Source: Candidatus Moraniibacteriota bacterium (GTDB lineage Bacteria > Patescibacteriota > Minisyncoccia > Moranbacterales > GCA-2747515). From it: a stretch of DNA of 64,000 nucleotides. Below the pieces are notes generated by a model. That model ran no database searches. It had not been told where the DNA came from and worked only from the letters and a program-made list of their open reading frames with translations. A program made the translations under genes and the position numbers. Positions 1-9,285 of the stretch are shown in pieces (position 1 is the first letter of the stretch; every line of letters starts with the position of its first letter). Location of the stretch: contig JBBQZC010000006.1 of NCBI GenBank assembly GCA_038208115.1, forward strand, positions 3,438 through 67,437. The letters are read 5' to 3'.

Positions 1-2351
1 TCGCTCCTTCCTCAGTCGCCATCGGAGACCTTAATGGCGATGGCAAAGCTGATATAGCAGTGTCGAACCGTACTTCCTTTTCCGTTTCAGTCTTTATCAA
101 CAACGGTAACGGCACTTTTCCAGCTAAGGTGGACTATACCATTGGGACAACCCCCTACTCAGTCGCCATCGGAGACCTTAATGGCGATGGTAAGGCTGAT
201 TTGGCAGCGGCGAATATGGGCTCCACTTCTGTTTCAGTCCTCATCAATAACGGCAACGGCACCTTTGCCGCCACAGTGGACTACACCACTGGAATAAGCC
301 CTTACTCAGTCGCCATCGGAGACCTCAACGGCGACGGTAAAGCGGATTTGGCAGTGGCTAATTTGAGCGCCACTTCTGTTTCAGTTCTCATCAATAACGG
401 CAATGGCACGTTCGCAGCAAAAGTGGATTATACTACGGGACCAAATCCCTACTCAGTCGCCATCGGAGACCTTAATGGCGATGGTAAAGCTGATATTGCA
501 GTGGCAAATTCGAGCTCCACTTCCGTTTCAGTCCTCATCAATAACGGCAACGGCACCTTTGCCGCCAAAGTGGACTATGTTACCGGAACAGGCCCAATTT
601 CAGTCGCCATCGGAGACCTTAATGGCGATGGTAATGCTGATTTGGCAGTGGCGAATAGTGGCTCTGCTTTCGTTTCAACTTTCATTAATAACGGCAATGG
701 TACTTTTGCCACTAAAGTAGACTATACAACATCAGCAGGCGCTTATTCAGTCGCCATCGGAGACCTTAATGGCGATGGTAAAGCTGATATTGCACTGGCG
801 AATTGGAGCAATAATTGGGTTTCAGTCCTCCTGAACCAACCCCAATCCATGCTCTATGCCCAAGCGAGTACGGGCAATGTTGGCATCGGTACTACAAGCC
901 CGACATCTAAATTAACAGTATCTGGTACTTATTCAGCAGTAACAGGGGCAAATCAATATGGACAATTTATTTCATCAAATTATTCCATTGCTGATACTGG
1001 TGCCAAACATGGCTTAGGTATTAATTCTTTTTCTAGTCATTCTACAGGGACAATAGACGGTATAACAGGCTTAACTGTTAGTGGACAAAAAACAGGTACG
1101 GGAGCTGTTACGAGCGCCTATGGAGTATGGGCAAGCGTTGGCAATACGAATGCTACCGGTGCCATCACCAATGCCTACGGAATTTATATAGATGACAGTA
1201 CTGAAATAGGAGCTATCACTAATGACTTTGGCATCTATCAGGTAGACACTGGAGCCAAAAACTATTTTGGAGGAAATATTGGTGTGGGCGTTAATCCAGC
1301 TTATCAAATCCAACTCTCTACTGACTCTGCAGCAAAACCTGGCACAAACACATGGACTGTTGCATCTGATAGTCGTATCAAAACTGATATCCATAAATTT
1401 TCAGATGGCCTAGATGTGATCCTTGGCATTAATCCGATAACGTATAAGTATAATGGTAAGGCAGGATTTTCAGATACAGAAACGACAAATATTGGAGTGA
1501 TTGCACAAGATATTAAAAATGTTGCACCCTACACAGTTGGCACATTTATGACAAAATTAAATCCTAATGATACAGAGGAAACAGAATTGTATAATTTCAA
1601 CTCGGGTGCACTCACATTTGTCACAATCAATGCTATTCAAGAACAACAAAAACTCATCGAAATCAATACAAATGATCTCACCACAAAAGCAAAAGCAGAT
1701 ACTGTCTCAGAACTGCAATCACTTGTAGACATGCAATTTACAAAGACATCGAAGATTCTCACACACATGCAGGATGATGGTGCTATCACAAAGAATGCGA
1801 TTCTTGGTCTCCAAGAAGATGCAAATGTACAATCTGATATCCTTGCGGATATTCAATTAGATCTTGCAGGTCTACAAGCCGGTATCGATATGCTCAATAC
1901 GCTCAGCACTACAGATGCTGTACGTTTTGCAGAGCTCATTGCTATTGATCCTGATAAAATTCTTTATACTGATGGAGAGGGTGGTGTAACTATCGAGGGA
2001 GTGTTGATTGCAGATCGTATCGAGACACGAGAAATAGTTGCACAAAAATTTATCACAACATCTGATAGTGGTAGCGCAAGCGCAGGTACTATAGTGTTAT
2101 GTCGCGAAGGATTTGCAGTTGATGATGGCGTATGTATAGATGCAATGGATGGCAAGAATGTTAGCGATGGGACCACGATATTTGTCGAGACAGATCTTAT
2201 ATCAAAAAATAGTCGCGTCATGATCACGCCACATGCACCTATTGCAGTTGGCGTCACAGAAGTACATGACGGCGAAGGATTTGATATTACTGCAGATAAG
2301 GTGCAAGACAAAGACGTGGAGATCGATTGGTTTATCGTGGATACGGAATAA
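1..2351 (+). CDS. 5'-truncated (runs off window start) surface protein: FG-GAP/VCBS-type repeats (..VAIGDLNGDGKADLAVAN.. x7), tail-fibre-like beta-helix segment, peptidase S74 intramolecular chaperone auto-processing domain (..SDSRIKTDI..), C-terminal coiled/other region
   Basis: Frame 3 is open from nt 3 and continues the repeat upstream of the first Met (ORF track 60..2351). Repeated 'SVAIGDLNGDGKADxAxAN' units are typical of the FG-GAP family. 'NVGIGTTSPTSKLTV' and 'SDSRIKTDIHKFSDGLDVILGINPITYKY' match the endosialidase/tail-fibre S74 chaperone motif. Confidence 0.6.
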   Translation, partial: APSSVAIGDLNGDGKADIAVSNRTSFSVSVFINNGNGTFPAKVDYTIGTTPYSVAIGDLNGDGKADLAAANMGSTSVSVLINNGNGTFAATVDYTTGISPYSVAIGDLNGDGKADLAVANLSATSVSVLINNGNGTFAAKVDYTTGPNPYSVAIGDLNGDGKADIAVANSSSTSVSVLINNGNGTFAAKVDYVTGTGPISVAIGDLNGDGNADLAVANSGSAFVSTFINNGNGTFATKVDYTTSAGAYSVAIGDLNGDGKADIALANWSNNWVSVLLNQPQSMLYAQASTGNVGIGTTSPTSKLTVSGTYSAVTGANQYGQFISSNYSIADTGAKHGLGINSFSSHSTGTIDGITGLTVSGQKTGTGAVTSAYGVWASVGNTNATGAITNAYGIYIDDSTEIGAITNDFGIYQVDTGAKNYFGGNIGVGVNPAYQIQLSTDSAAKPGTNTWTVASDSRIKTDIHKFSDGLDVILGINPITYKYNGKAGFSDTETTNIGVIAQDIKNVAPYTVGTFMTKLNPNDTEETELYNFNSGALTFVTINAIQEQQKLIEINTNDLTTKAKADTVSELQSLVDMQFTKTSKILTHMQDDGAITKNAILGLQEDANVQSDILADIQLDLAGLQAGIDMLNTLSTTDAVRFAELIAIDPDKILYTDGEGGVTIEGVLIADRIETREIVAQKFITTSDSGSASAGTIVLCREGFAVDDGVCIDAMDGKNVSDGTTIFVETDLISKNSRVMITPHAPIAVGVTEVHDGEGFDITADKVQDKDVEIDWFIVDTE

Positions 2352-2479
2352 TTATTTTATAAAAATTTTCAGTTTCTTTAAAGATTTAACCTATAGTATT
2401 TGAGAGCTATTTTTTTGTTGGTAATTCTTTATAAAAAAAATCTTTTATAAACTTCTTATTTTATTAAATGTGAATAAAA

Positions 2480-2505
2480 ATATTTTATTTGAGTAAGTGT
2501 GATAT
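2480..2505 (+). promoter_or_regulatory. Putative sigma70 extended -10 promoter (TGaTATAAT) upstream of giant ORF 2548
   Basis: 'gtgatataat' lies ~50 nt upstream of the ATG. The surrounding region is AT-rich. Confidence 0.3.
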
Positions 2506-2547
2506 AATAAAAAAATACAATTGTTTTACTAAAAAATATATACAAAT

Positions 2548-5500
2548 ATGAGAAAGTTTTTTGTCAATTTTTCATGGAGATTTTTTATTTTATGTCTCTT
2601 TTTTTTATTACAAAATACTGAAACATTTGCTGGACCGATTGATAGAACAGCCACAGAATCACTGATATTAAATGAGTTTCAGGTTGTTGGAATAGCCCAA
2701 GGATGGCATGCTGATGATGCAGCATGGTCGTATGCCTTGCCGTTTACGTTTAATTACTATGGTGTAAATTATACAAATATCAGAGTGAGTTCAAATGGGT
2801 ATATTTGTATGGACGACAGTGCAAGTTGTGATAGCACATCACCAGATCTATCGTCATCATATGCTGGACCTATCATTTCAGCATTAGGACGAGATCTTCG
2901 GACTGACTCGATAAACGATATCTATATTTTATCTGATACAAATCATGTAGTAATTCGATGGCTTGCTTACGAATATGGATACACATCCCAGATGAACTTT
3001 GAAATGGTTTTATATAGTGATGGAAGCATTAAATTTAATTATGGTAGTGGGCCAACTTTGAATCATAGTGCAGTTGTAGGATTATCAAATGGCGCGGGAA
3101 CGTATTTAGCATCGACATATAACGGTAGAACAAATTTTAATAATGTTCAAACATCGTATTGGAGTAGCTCTTCTTTAAGGGTTGATGCTTTTGATCCGGC
3201 TGATGATGCAATAGAGGTTTCAGAAAATACTTCGTTGCAAATGATTTTTGATACAGCTGTTATTGCGAATGTGGGAAATGTAACGATTTTAAAATATGAC
3301 GATGATAGCGAAATACAGACAATTCCTATTTCATCTCCGCTAATCACAGGCTGGGGAACCGATACGCTCGTGATTGACATTGATCCACTCATACGTGATA
3401 CAGAATATTATGTAATGATAGATGCTGATGCGATTAAAGATGGGGATGATAATTATTTTTCTGGCATTACAAATGAGAGCGGATGGAATTTTCATACGCG
3501 ATTGTCAGCTCCGATGGATGTTCTCAATGTAGACCCAGTCGATAATGCGCAATTTGTTACTCAAAATTCTCCTTTGCATATGACATTCAACGCTGATGTT
3601 CTGGCTGGCGATGGGGACATTACCATCTATAAATCGTCTGATGATAGTATATCGCAAACAATTTCTATTGCATCACCGCTCGTTACAGGATGGGGAACAG
3701 ACACTCTTACGATCGATATTGGTGATCTTGTTCTTGATACGAACTATTACGTATTCATCGATGGAAATGCGATAAAGAATTCTGATAATGTGCATTTTGT
3801 GGGATTTGATGATAATGTGCAGTGGAATTTTCATACACGACCAAGTGGCGTGAAGTTTAGTCTTACTGATGATCTTGATACACAAGATCGTATTGATACA
3901 GAAATTACAGAAGCACGGTGGGATGATGATGCGGGTGCATATACATTATGGAAACCAACTGGCGCATGGTCTCATGCTGATCGTAGTTCAGAGGGCAATG
4001 AAAATATCCAAAATAGTGGTGAATATACGGGTTACAATCCACAAATTGCATTGGATAATAATGCAAATCAGATGGTGGTTTGGGCAGAAAACGGCGTAAT
4101 AAAATTTACTCATTGGAATGGAGAAAATACATGGACCGCAATGGATGGTAGTGAGGGTAGCGAAGACATTTCTTCATCCGGCATGGGTTGTGGGCCTGGT
4201 GTGTGTGGTGACGGAACATGTGACTTTGAAAATGGTGAAAATGTGGAAACGTGTTCAGATGATTGTCATGGCGAAAATGTCACATGCGGAGATGATATTT
4301 GTCATGCAAATTTGGGAGAAGATCAATATAACTGCTGGGAAGATTGTAGTGGCGGTAGCGCAACATGCGGCAATGAATTATGTGAGATAAATGGGGGAGA
4401 AAATCTTGATAATTGTTCAGTGGATTGTATGGGATATTGTGGTAATGGTTTATGTGAGTCTGATCTTGATGAAAGTGAGTATACGTGTTCTGAGGATTGT
4501 AGCACTAGTGATAATTGCCGGGTAGCATCAAAGCCACAAATCATCGGAGATCAAAGTGGAAATCCGATTGTAGCATGGAATGGATATGATAATAATGAGG
4601 GGGTGGAAGACACCTTTGCACGTCGATGGGATGGTACAAAATGGGCTGGTATGGATGGGCAATCGCAATTTGCAGATCAACTATTTGAGGATAAAGTAGT
4701 TTCAGAAGATGTGGATTTCATAATGCTTTCTGATAATGATGGTAATCCCACAGTTATAGCTGGTGGCACCGAGACTCTTTTGCATTCCGCATGGGATGGA
4801 ACAAAATGGACACAAAAGAATGGCGGTGATGGTTATGAATTTTTATCGTCTTTTGGCAATTTCTATATAAGTGCAGCTGACTTTAAATTTAATCGTGCAA
4901 CTAATAATCCTATTATCGTTGCAGAAAATAGTGTTAGTGGACCGAATGTCTCTCAATGGAATGGATCTACATGGTCAACGATGGATGGAACAAGTAGTAG
5001 TAAATTTTTAACGCAAAGCATGTCAATGAGTCCTGATCCTGTTGAATTGTCAGATTTCTCTGGCGTCTTGGAAATTTCTTTAGGAGATCAGCATGCTTGC
5101 GCACGAATGAATGATGGGACTGTACAATGTTGGGGACACAATTCTTTCGGACAACTTGGTAATGGGAGTGATGTCAATTCAAAAGATCCAGTAACAGTTT
5201 TAGGATTATCAAATGTGGTTGAAATTTCAGCAGGGAGTTATCATACATGCGCACGACTTTCCGATAACACGATGAGCTGTTGGGGTAGAAACGTCAATGG
5301 ACAACTCGGAAATAATTCACTGACTCAAAGTAATGTACCAGTAACAGTTTCGGGATTATCAAATGTGGTAGAAATGTCGAGTGGAGGAGAGCATACATGT
5401 GCACGACTTTCCGATAACACGATGCGTTGTTGGGGATTGAATAATAATGGACAAATTGGTGATAATACACTGACGAAACGAATGATCCCAGTCCCAGTTT

Positions 5501-8500
5501 CGGGATTATCAAATGTGGTAGAAATGTCGAGTGGAGGAGAGCATACATGCGCACGACTTTCCGATAACACGATGAGCTGTTGGGGCAGAAACGTCAATGG
5601 ACAACTCGGTGATGGCACAACAACACGACGCACATTACCAACGCTAGTTTTAGGATTATCAAATGTGGTAGAAATGTCGAGTGGAGGAGAGCATACATGC
5701 GCACGACTTTCCGATAACACGATGAGCTGTTGGGGATATAATTATGGGGGGCAAACATCATATCCTTTTGGATTGTATAATGCAACTCCATATGCTGTTG
5801 CGGGTCTATCGACTGTTTCAGAAATTACTGCTGGAGGAGAACATACTTGCGCACGACTTTCCGATAACACGATGAAGTGTTGGGGAAATAATGGAAGAGG
5901 TCAAATCGGTGATAGTACATTTGTTAGTAATGCTGTGCCACAAACATTGTCGAGTCTAACTGCAGTTGCTGAGATATCATCTGGTTATTATTTTACGTGC
6001 GCACGACTTTCCGATAACACGATGCGCTGCTGGGGTGATAATGATAATGGACAATTGCAGCATGATAGATTTAGCTTTCGAGATCTTAAAATGCAAATAG
6101 ACAAAGAAGGTAACCCTATCATTGCGTATGTATATTCGGATATTATGAGGGGTGGTCAGAATATAGGCTTGTCAAAATGGAATGGTAATGCATGGGTATT
6201 ACATCGTTTGAGTGTTCCAGATTATATTTCAGATCTACAATTTGAATTAGGTGAAAATGACACGCCGATACTCGCATGGACTGATGAGTCGGACGTTTTT
6301 GTGACACAATGGAATGAAAATGAAGATGATTGGTTTAATTTGAACGGTGAAGTTGAAGGATTTGAGCAAATTACAGACGGTGGTGAAATAAATGATATAC
6401 AGATACAAATGACATCAAGACAATACCCAATGCTTATATGGAGTCACTGGACGCCACATAGTACGCATTTTACCCAATGGAATGGTGTAAATTGGGTGAG
6501 AGGTGATGATGAGACAGAGGGTAATGACATGATTTCTGATCCTTTGACTACCACAACAATTGATATAGTACTCAATGAAAATGATGAACCGTCGGTAGTA
6601 TGGAGCGAGCAATATGGAGATGTACATTTTTCTATGTTACCTCTCAATATAGAGTCACCTCTAGTAGTTCAATCAACCAAATTAAATGAATCAATTACGG
6701 ATATTGTGAGTGCAAAATTAACTGCTGATGATGATTTGGAAGGTGAATCATATATTGAATATTATCTGTCATCTGATGGTGGCGAAATGTGGAATCACGT
6801 CAATTCTGGTCAAGAATTAATTTTTGCAGAAAAAACGAGTGATGTACGATGGCGCGCAGTTCTTTATAAAGGTTCTATGCCAACGTTGAATTCTGTTCAT
6901 GTAAATTTTTCGACAGAATCAATTACTCCCACATGTGGTGAGGCAGCAAGAACATATTCTATAAATGAGACAGAGTTTTCTGGCGAAAATTATACGCCAA
7001 GTTCGATGAATTTTTCACCTGCATCAATGCTTAATATGGCAGTAAAAACATTTACAAATATTGTACCAGCAATCACGATTGATCCAATAATTACGCCAAC
7101 ATGTGGTGATGCTGCTAAAACATATACGTATGATGAAACTACATTTGCGGGTACCTTATGTGGTGTCGGAACAGAGGATAGTACGCCAGTGTTTCCTGTA
7201 CAAGGTGCCTCAAGCGCATGGAACTGTGTCGGTACGTCAGAGACAGTTGCATGTAATGCGTCGAGAGAAGTAGAGCCTGCATCAGAGGATATTATGTGCG
7301 CATCAGGCACTATCGATATAACACCTTCTTTTCCAGAATTGGGGCAAACAGTTATGTGGCAATGTCAAAATTCAACAGATAATGTGATGTGTAGCGCTAA
7401 TCGTGCAGAAACAATTATTGCGACATGCGGTACAGCGGCAAAGACATATGTATCAACTGCTACGTCATTTTTTGGTGGCTTGTGTACATCAGGTACGATC
7501 GATATAACGCCAGTATTTCCAGAAAAGGGACAAATGGTGAGTTGGCATTGCCAAGGCACGAGCGAAAACAAGATTTGCAGTGCTAATCGTGATGGTGATT
7601 TAGTACCAGAATCAGTGGATCAAACAAAGGAGTGCTCCACGGACTCCACTAAAGATGTGACGAAAAACTCTGTAATTTTACGGGCAACTGTTGATGAGTC
7701 ATATAAAAATGATAATGTGAAATTTAAGATTGATGTGAAGAATGTACAATCTGACGAGAAAGAGACAATCAAAATATCAGAAACGCCATCAGATAATGGA
7801 AAAGTGAATCTATTAATAGATAATCTTTTGGAAGATACGGAATATGAATTCAAAGTGAGCTATGAGGAAAAAGATGAATATCTCTATTGTCCACATTCAA
7901 AAACTGCCAAAACACTTAAAACAGAATTGATTACAGAAAAAGAAAAAAAAGAAGCAGCATGTGGCAATGCGGCAAAAACATATGCTGAAGATGAAATAGA
8001 ATTTTCTGGAGATTTCTGTGCTGAGGGAGCCATTGATGAAAATCCATTATTTCCAGCACAGGGAGCGCAAGTATCTTGGGTATGTGCGAGCGGCGATAGC
8101 ACGAAGGATTGTAGTGCACAAAGAGAGAAAAAAAACATACCAGTGCCAATAGTCAAAGGCGGATCTGATCCAAAACCAGTGTCACCAGAAGAAAAAAAGC
8201 CACAAAAAGAAGCGCTAAAACCAGTAACTCAGGAGCCCATATATCAATCAATTGCAACAGTGGGTATTGCTATGGGAACGATGCTTGCTTTTGCAACAAG
8301 TGCTGTGCCACTTTTTGTAACAGTACCAATGGCTGCAAAAGATTTTTTCATTATGCCATTTATCGGTTTATTGGCACGCAGGCGCAATGAGCAAAACTGG
8401 GGCACAGTATTTGAAAAAAACACTAAACAGCCAATTCCAGGCGTTAAGCTTATGCTTACAGATCAAGGCGGAAAAGAGATAGAAACTACATATTCTGATC

Positions 8501-9141
8501 AGCATGGACGATTTGGATTCCTCACGGCAAACGGCACGTTTATTGTTGAGTCAGAAAAAGCAAAGTATGACACAATTCATACTATACAGAATGATTCGTT
8601 ATACGGAGACGTCTATACAGGAGACGTTATTACAATCGATGAAAACAAAGTGATTGCAATCAATATTGCAATGAGTGCAAAAAATGTTGATTGGACAGAG
8701 TATGCACAAAAGAAAGCATCTGCGTATAAAGGATTCTTTTCTATGACAAAAAAATGGGTTTTTATATTGGTGTTTTATGCGGGGTTTATTGCAACCGCCA
8801 TTATCACATATTATAATCCGTCAACTACCAATTTTATTTTTGTTGCGCTGTATGCGGTATTGTTTGTTTTTGATAACTTTATCAAGAAAAAAAAATATGG
8901 CACAGTAGAAACCGTAGATGACAAACCAGTGCCATTTGCGATTGTTTCTCTTTATGACAAAGAATCGCAGGCAAAGAAAACTTTTGCAGTAACAGATGTA
9001 ATTGGAAGATACTATTTATTGGCAGAAAATGGCAACTATAATCTTAAGATTAAGGGACAGCCAATTGGTGGTCATAACTTCGAAAAACAAGGAGATATCC
9101 ATGTGCGTAATGGACTTGTGCGGAAAGATGTAAAAATTTAA
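2548..9141 (+). CDS. Giant (2197 aa) secreted/membrane-anchored multidomain protein: signal peptide, RCC1-like beta-propeller repeats, Cys-rich EGF-like modules, repeated 'TCG(D/E)AAKTY' Cys modules, C-terminal TM helices and a carboxypeptidase-regulatory-like domain
   Basis: Hydrophobic N-terminus. RCC1-like repeat 'HTCARLSDNTMxCWGxNxxGQLG' occurs x7. 'CGDGTCDFENGENVETCSDDC'-type Cys-rich repeats are present. Hydrophobic segments lie near aa 1900-2000, followed by a 'DQHGRFGF' CarbopepD_reg-like motif. Confidence 0.7.
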   Translation: MRKFFVNFSWRFFILCLFFLLQNTETFAGPIDRTATESLILNEFQVVGIAQGWHADDAAWSYALPFTFNYYGVNYTNIRVSSNGYICMDDSASCDSTSPDLSSSYAGPIISALGRDLRTDSINDIYILSDTNHVVIRWLAYEYGYTSQMNFEMVLYSDGSIKFNYGSGPTLNHSAVVGLSNGAGTYLASTYNGRTNFNNVQTSYWSSSSLRVDAFDPADDAIEVSENTSLQMIFDTAVIANVGNVTILKYDDDSEIQTIPISSPLITGWGTDTLVIDIDPLIRDTEYYVMIDADAIKDGDDNYFSGITNESGWNFHTRLSAPMDVLNVDPVDNAQFVTQNSPLHMTFNADVLAGDGDITIYKSSDDSISQTISIASPLVTGWGTDTLTIDIGDLVLDTNYYVFIDGNAIKNSDNVHFVGFDDNVQWNFHTRPSGVKFSLTDDLDTQDRIDTEITEARWDDDAGAYTLWKPTGAWSHADRSSEGNENIQNSGEYTGYNPQIALDNNANQMVVWAENGVIKFTHWNGENTWTAMDGSEGSEDISSSGMGCGPGVCGDGTCDFENGENVETCSDDCHGENVTCGDDICHANLGEDQYNCWEDCSGGSATCGNELCEINGGENLDNCSVDCMGYCGNGLCESDLDESEYTCSEDCSTSDNCRVASKPQIIGDQSGNPIVAWNGYDNNEGVEDTFARRWDGTKWAGMDGQSQFADQLFEDKVVSEDVDFIMLSDNDGNPTVIAGGTETLLHSAWDGTKWTQKNGGDGYEFLSSFGNFYISAADFKFNRATNNPIIVAENSVSGPNVSQWNGSTWSTMDGTSSSKFLTQSMSMSPDPVELSDFSGVLEISLGDQHACARMNDGTVQCWGHNSFGQLGNGSDVNSKDPVTVLGLSNVVEISAGSYHTCARLSDNTMSCWGRNVNGQLGNNSLTQSNVPVTVSGLSNVVEMSSGGEHTCARLSDNTMRCWGLNNNGQIGDNTLTKRMIPVPVSGLSNVVEMSSGGEHTCARLSDNTMSCWGRNVNGQLGDGTTTRRTLPTLVLGLSNVVEMSSGGEHTCARLSDNTMSCWGYNYGGQTSYPFGLYNATPYAVAGLSTVSEITAGGEHTCARLSDNTMKCWGNNGRGQIGDSTFVSNAVPQTLSSLTAVAEISSGYYFTCARLSDNTMRCWGDNDNGQLQHDRFSFRDLKMQIDKEGNPIIAYVYSDIMRGGQNIGLSKWNGNAWVLHRLSVPDYISDLQFELGENDTPILAWTDESDVFVTQWNENEDDWFNLNGEVEGFEQITDGGEINDIQIQMTSRQYPMLIWSHWTPHSTHFTQWNGVNWVRGDDETEGNDMISDPLTTTTIDIVLNENDEPSVVWSEQYGDVHFSMLPLNIESPLVVQSTKLNESITDIVSAKLTADDDLEGESYIEYYLSSDGGEMWNHVNSGQELIFAEKTSDVRWRAVLYKGSMPTLNSVHVNFSTESITPTCGEAARTYSINETEFSGENYTPSSMNFSPASMLNMAVKTFTNIVPAITIDPIITPTCGDAAKTYTYDETTFAGTLCGVGTEDSTPVFPVQGASSAWNCVGTSETVACNASREVEPASEDIMCASGTIDITPSFPELGQTVMWQCQNSTDNVMCSANRAETIIATCGTAAKTYVSTATSFFGGLCTSGTIDITPVFPEKGQMVSWHCQGTSENKICSANRDGDLVPESVDQTKECSTDSTKDVTKNSVILRATVDESYKNDNVKFKIDVKNVQSDEKETIKISETPSDNGKVNLLIDNLLEDTEYEFKVSYEEKDEYLYCPHSKTAKTLKTELITEKEKKEAACGNAAKTYAEDEIEFSGDFCAEGAIDENPLFPAQGAQVSWVCASGDSTKDCSAQREKKNIPVPIVKGGSDPKPVSPEEKKPQKEALKPVTQEPIYQSIATVGIAMGTMLAFATSAVPLFVTVPMAAKDFFIMPFIGLLARRRNEQNWGTVFEKNTKQPIPGVKLMLTDQGGKEIETTYSDQHGRFGFLTANGTFIVESEKAKYDTIHTIQNDSLYGDVYTGDVITIDENKVIAINIAMSAKNVDWTEYAQKKASAYKGFFSMTKKWVFILVFYAGFIATAIITYYNPSTTNFIFVALYAVLFVFDNFIKKKKYGTVETVDDKPVPFAIVSLYDKESQAKKTFAVTDVIGRYYLLAENGNYNLKIKGQPIGGHNFEKQGDIHVRNGLVRKDVKI
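5080..6060 (+). repeat. Intragenic tandem repeats (about 120-150 nt units, several >95% identical) encoding RCC1-like blades
   Basis: The string 'gcacgactttccgataacacgatg[ac]gctgttgggg' recurs at ~5251, 5401, 5551, 5701, 5851 and 6001. Long identical stretches: 5341-5420 matches 5491-5570, and 5551-5610 matches 5251-5310. Confidence 0.85.
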
Positions 9142-9153
9142 AAACTGCAATTA

Positions 9154-9186
9154 AAAACCTTTCTTTTGTGAGGGAGGTTTTTTATT
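9154..9186 (+). terminator. Possible rho-independent terminator after giant ORF
   Basis: 'aaaacct..(loop)..aggtttttt' hairpin followed by a T-run. Confidence 0.3.
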
Positions 9187-9285
9187 GGTCTTATTTAAAT
9201 GCGCGATATGACCGTTCACTTGACTATGCGTGAAAAATGCTCTATCATTGGTAATTGATGTTGCAACTATTTCTTTTTAGAATCT

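Noticed and set aside
403-2311. Track ORFs nested or antisense inside the FG-GAP gene (403..720, 1071..1394, 1964..2311)
   Set aside because: They are generated by the repetitive sequence and alternative frames of a clearly coding region. They have no independent start signals.
5294-5791. Minus-strand ORFs inside the RCC1 repeat block, and other antisense ORFs inside the giant genes (for example 7365..8156, 25072..25653, 39055..39558)
   Set aside because: These are antisense frames of repeat-rich coding DNA. The plus-strand giant ORFs carry recognisable domains.
5080-6060. Possibility of a CRISPR array because of regular ~150-nt periodic identical segments
   Set aside because: The repeats are in-frame coding repeats inside one long ORF (RCC1 blades). 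There is no short repeat plus unique spacer architecture and there are no cas genes.
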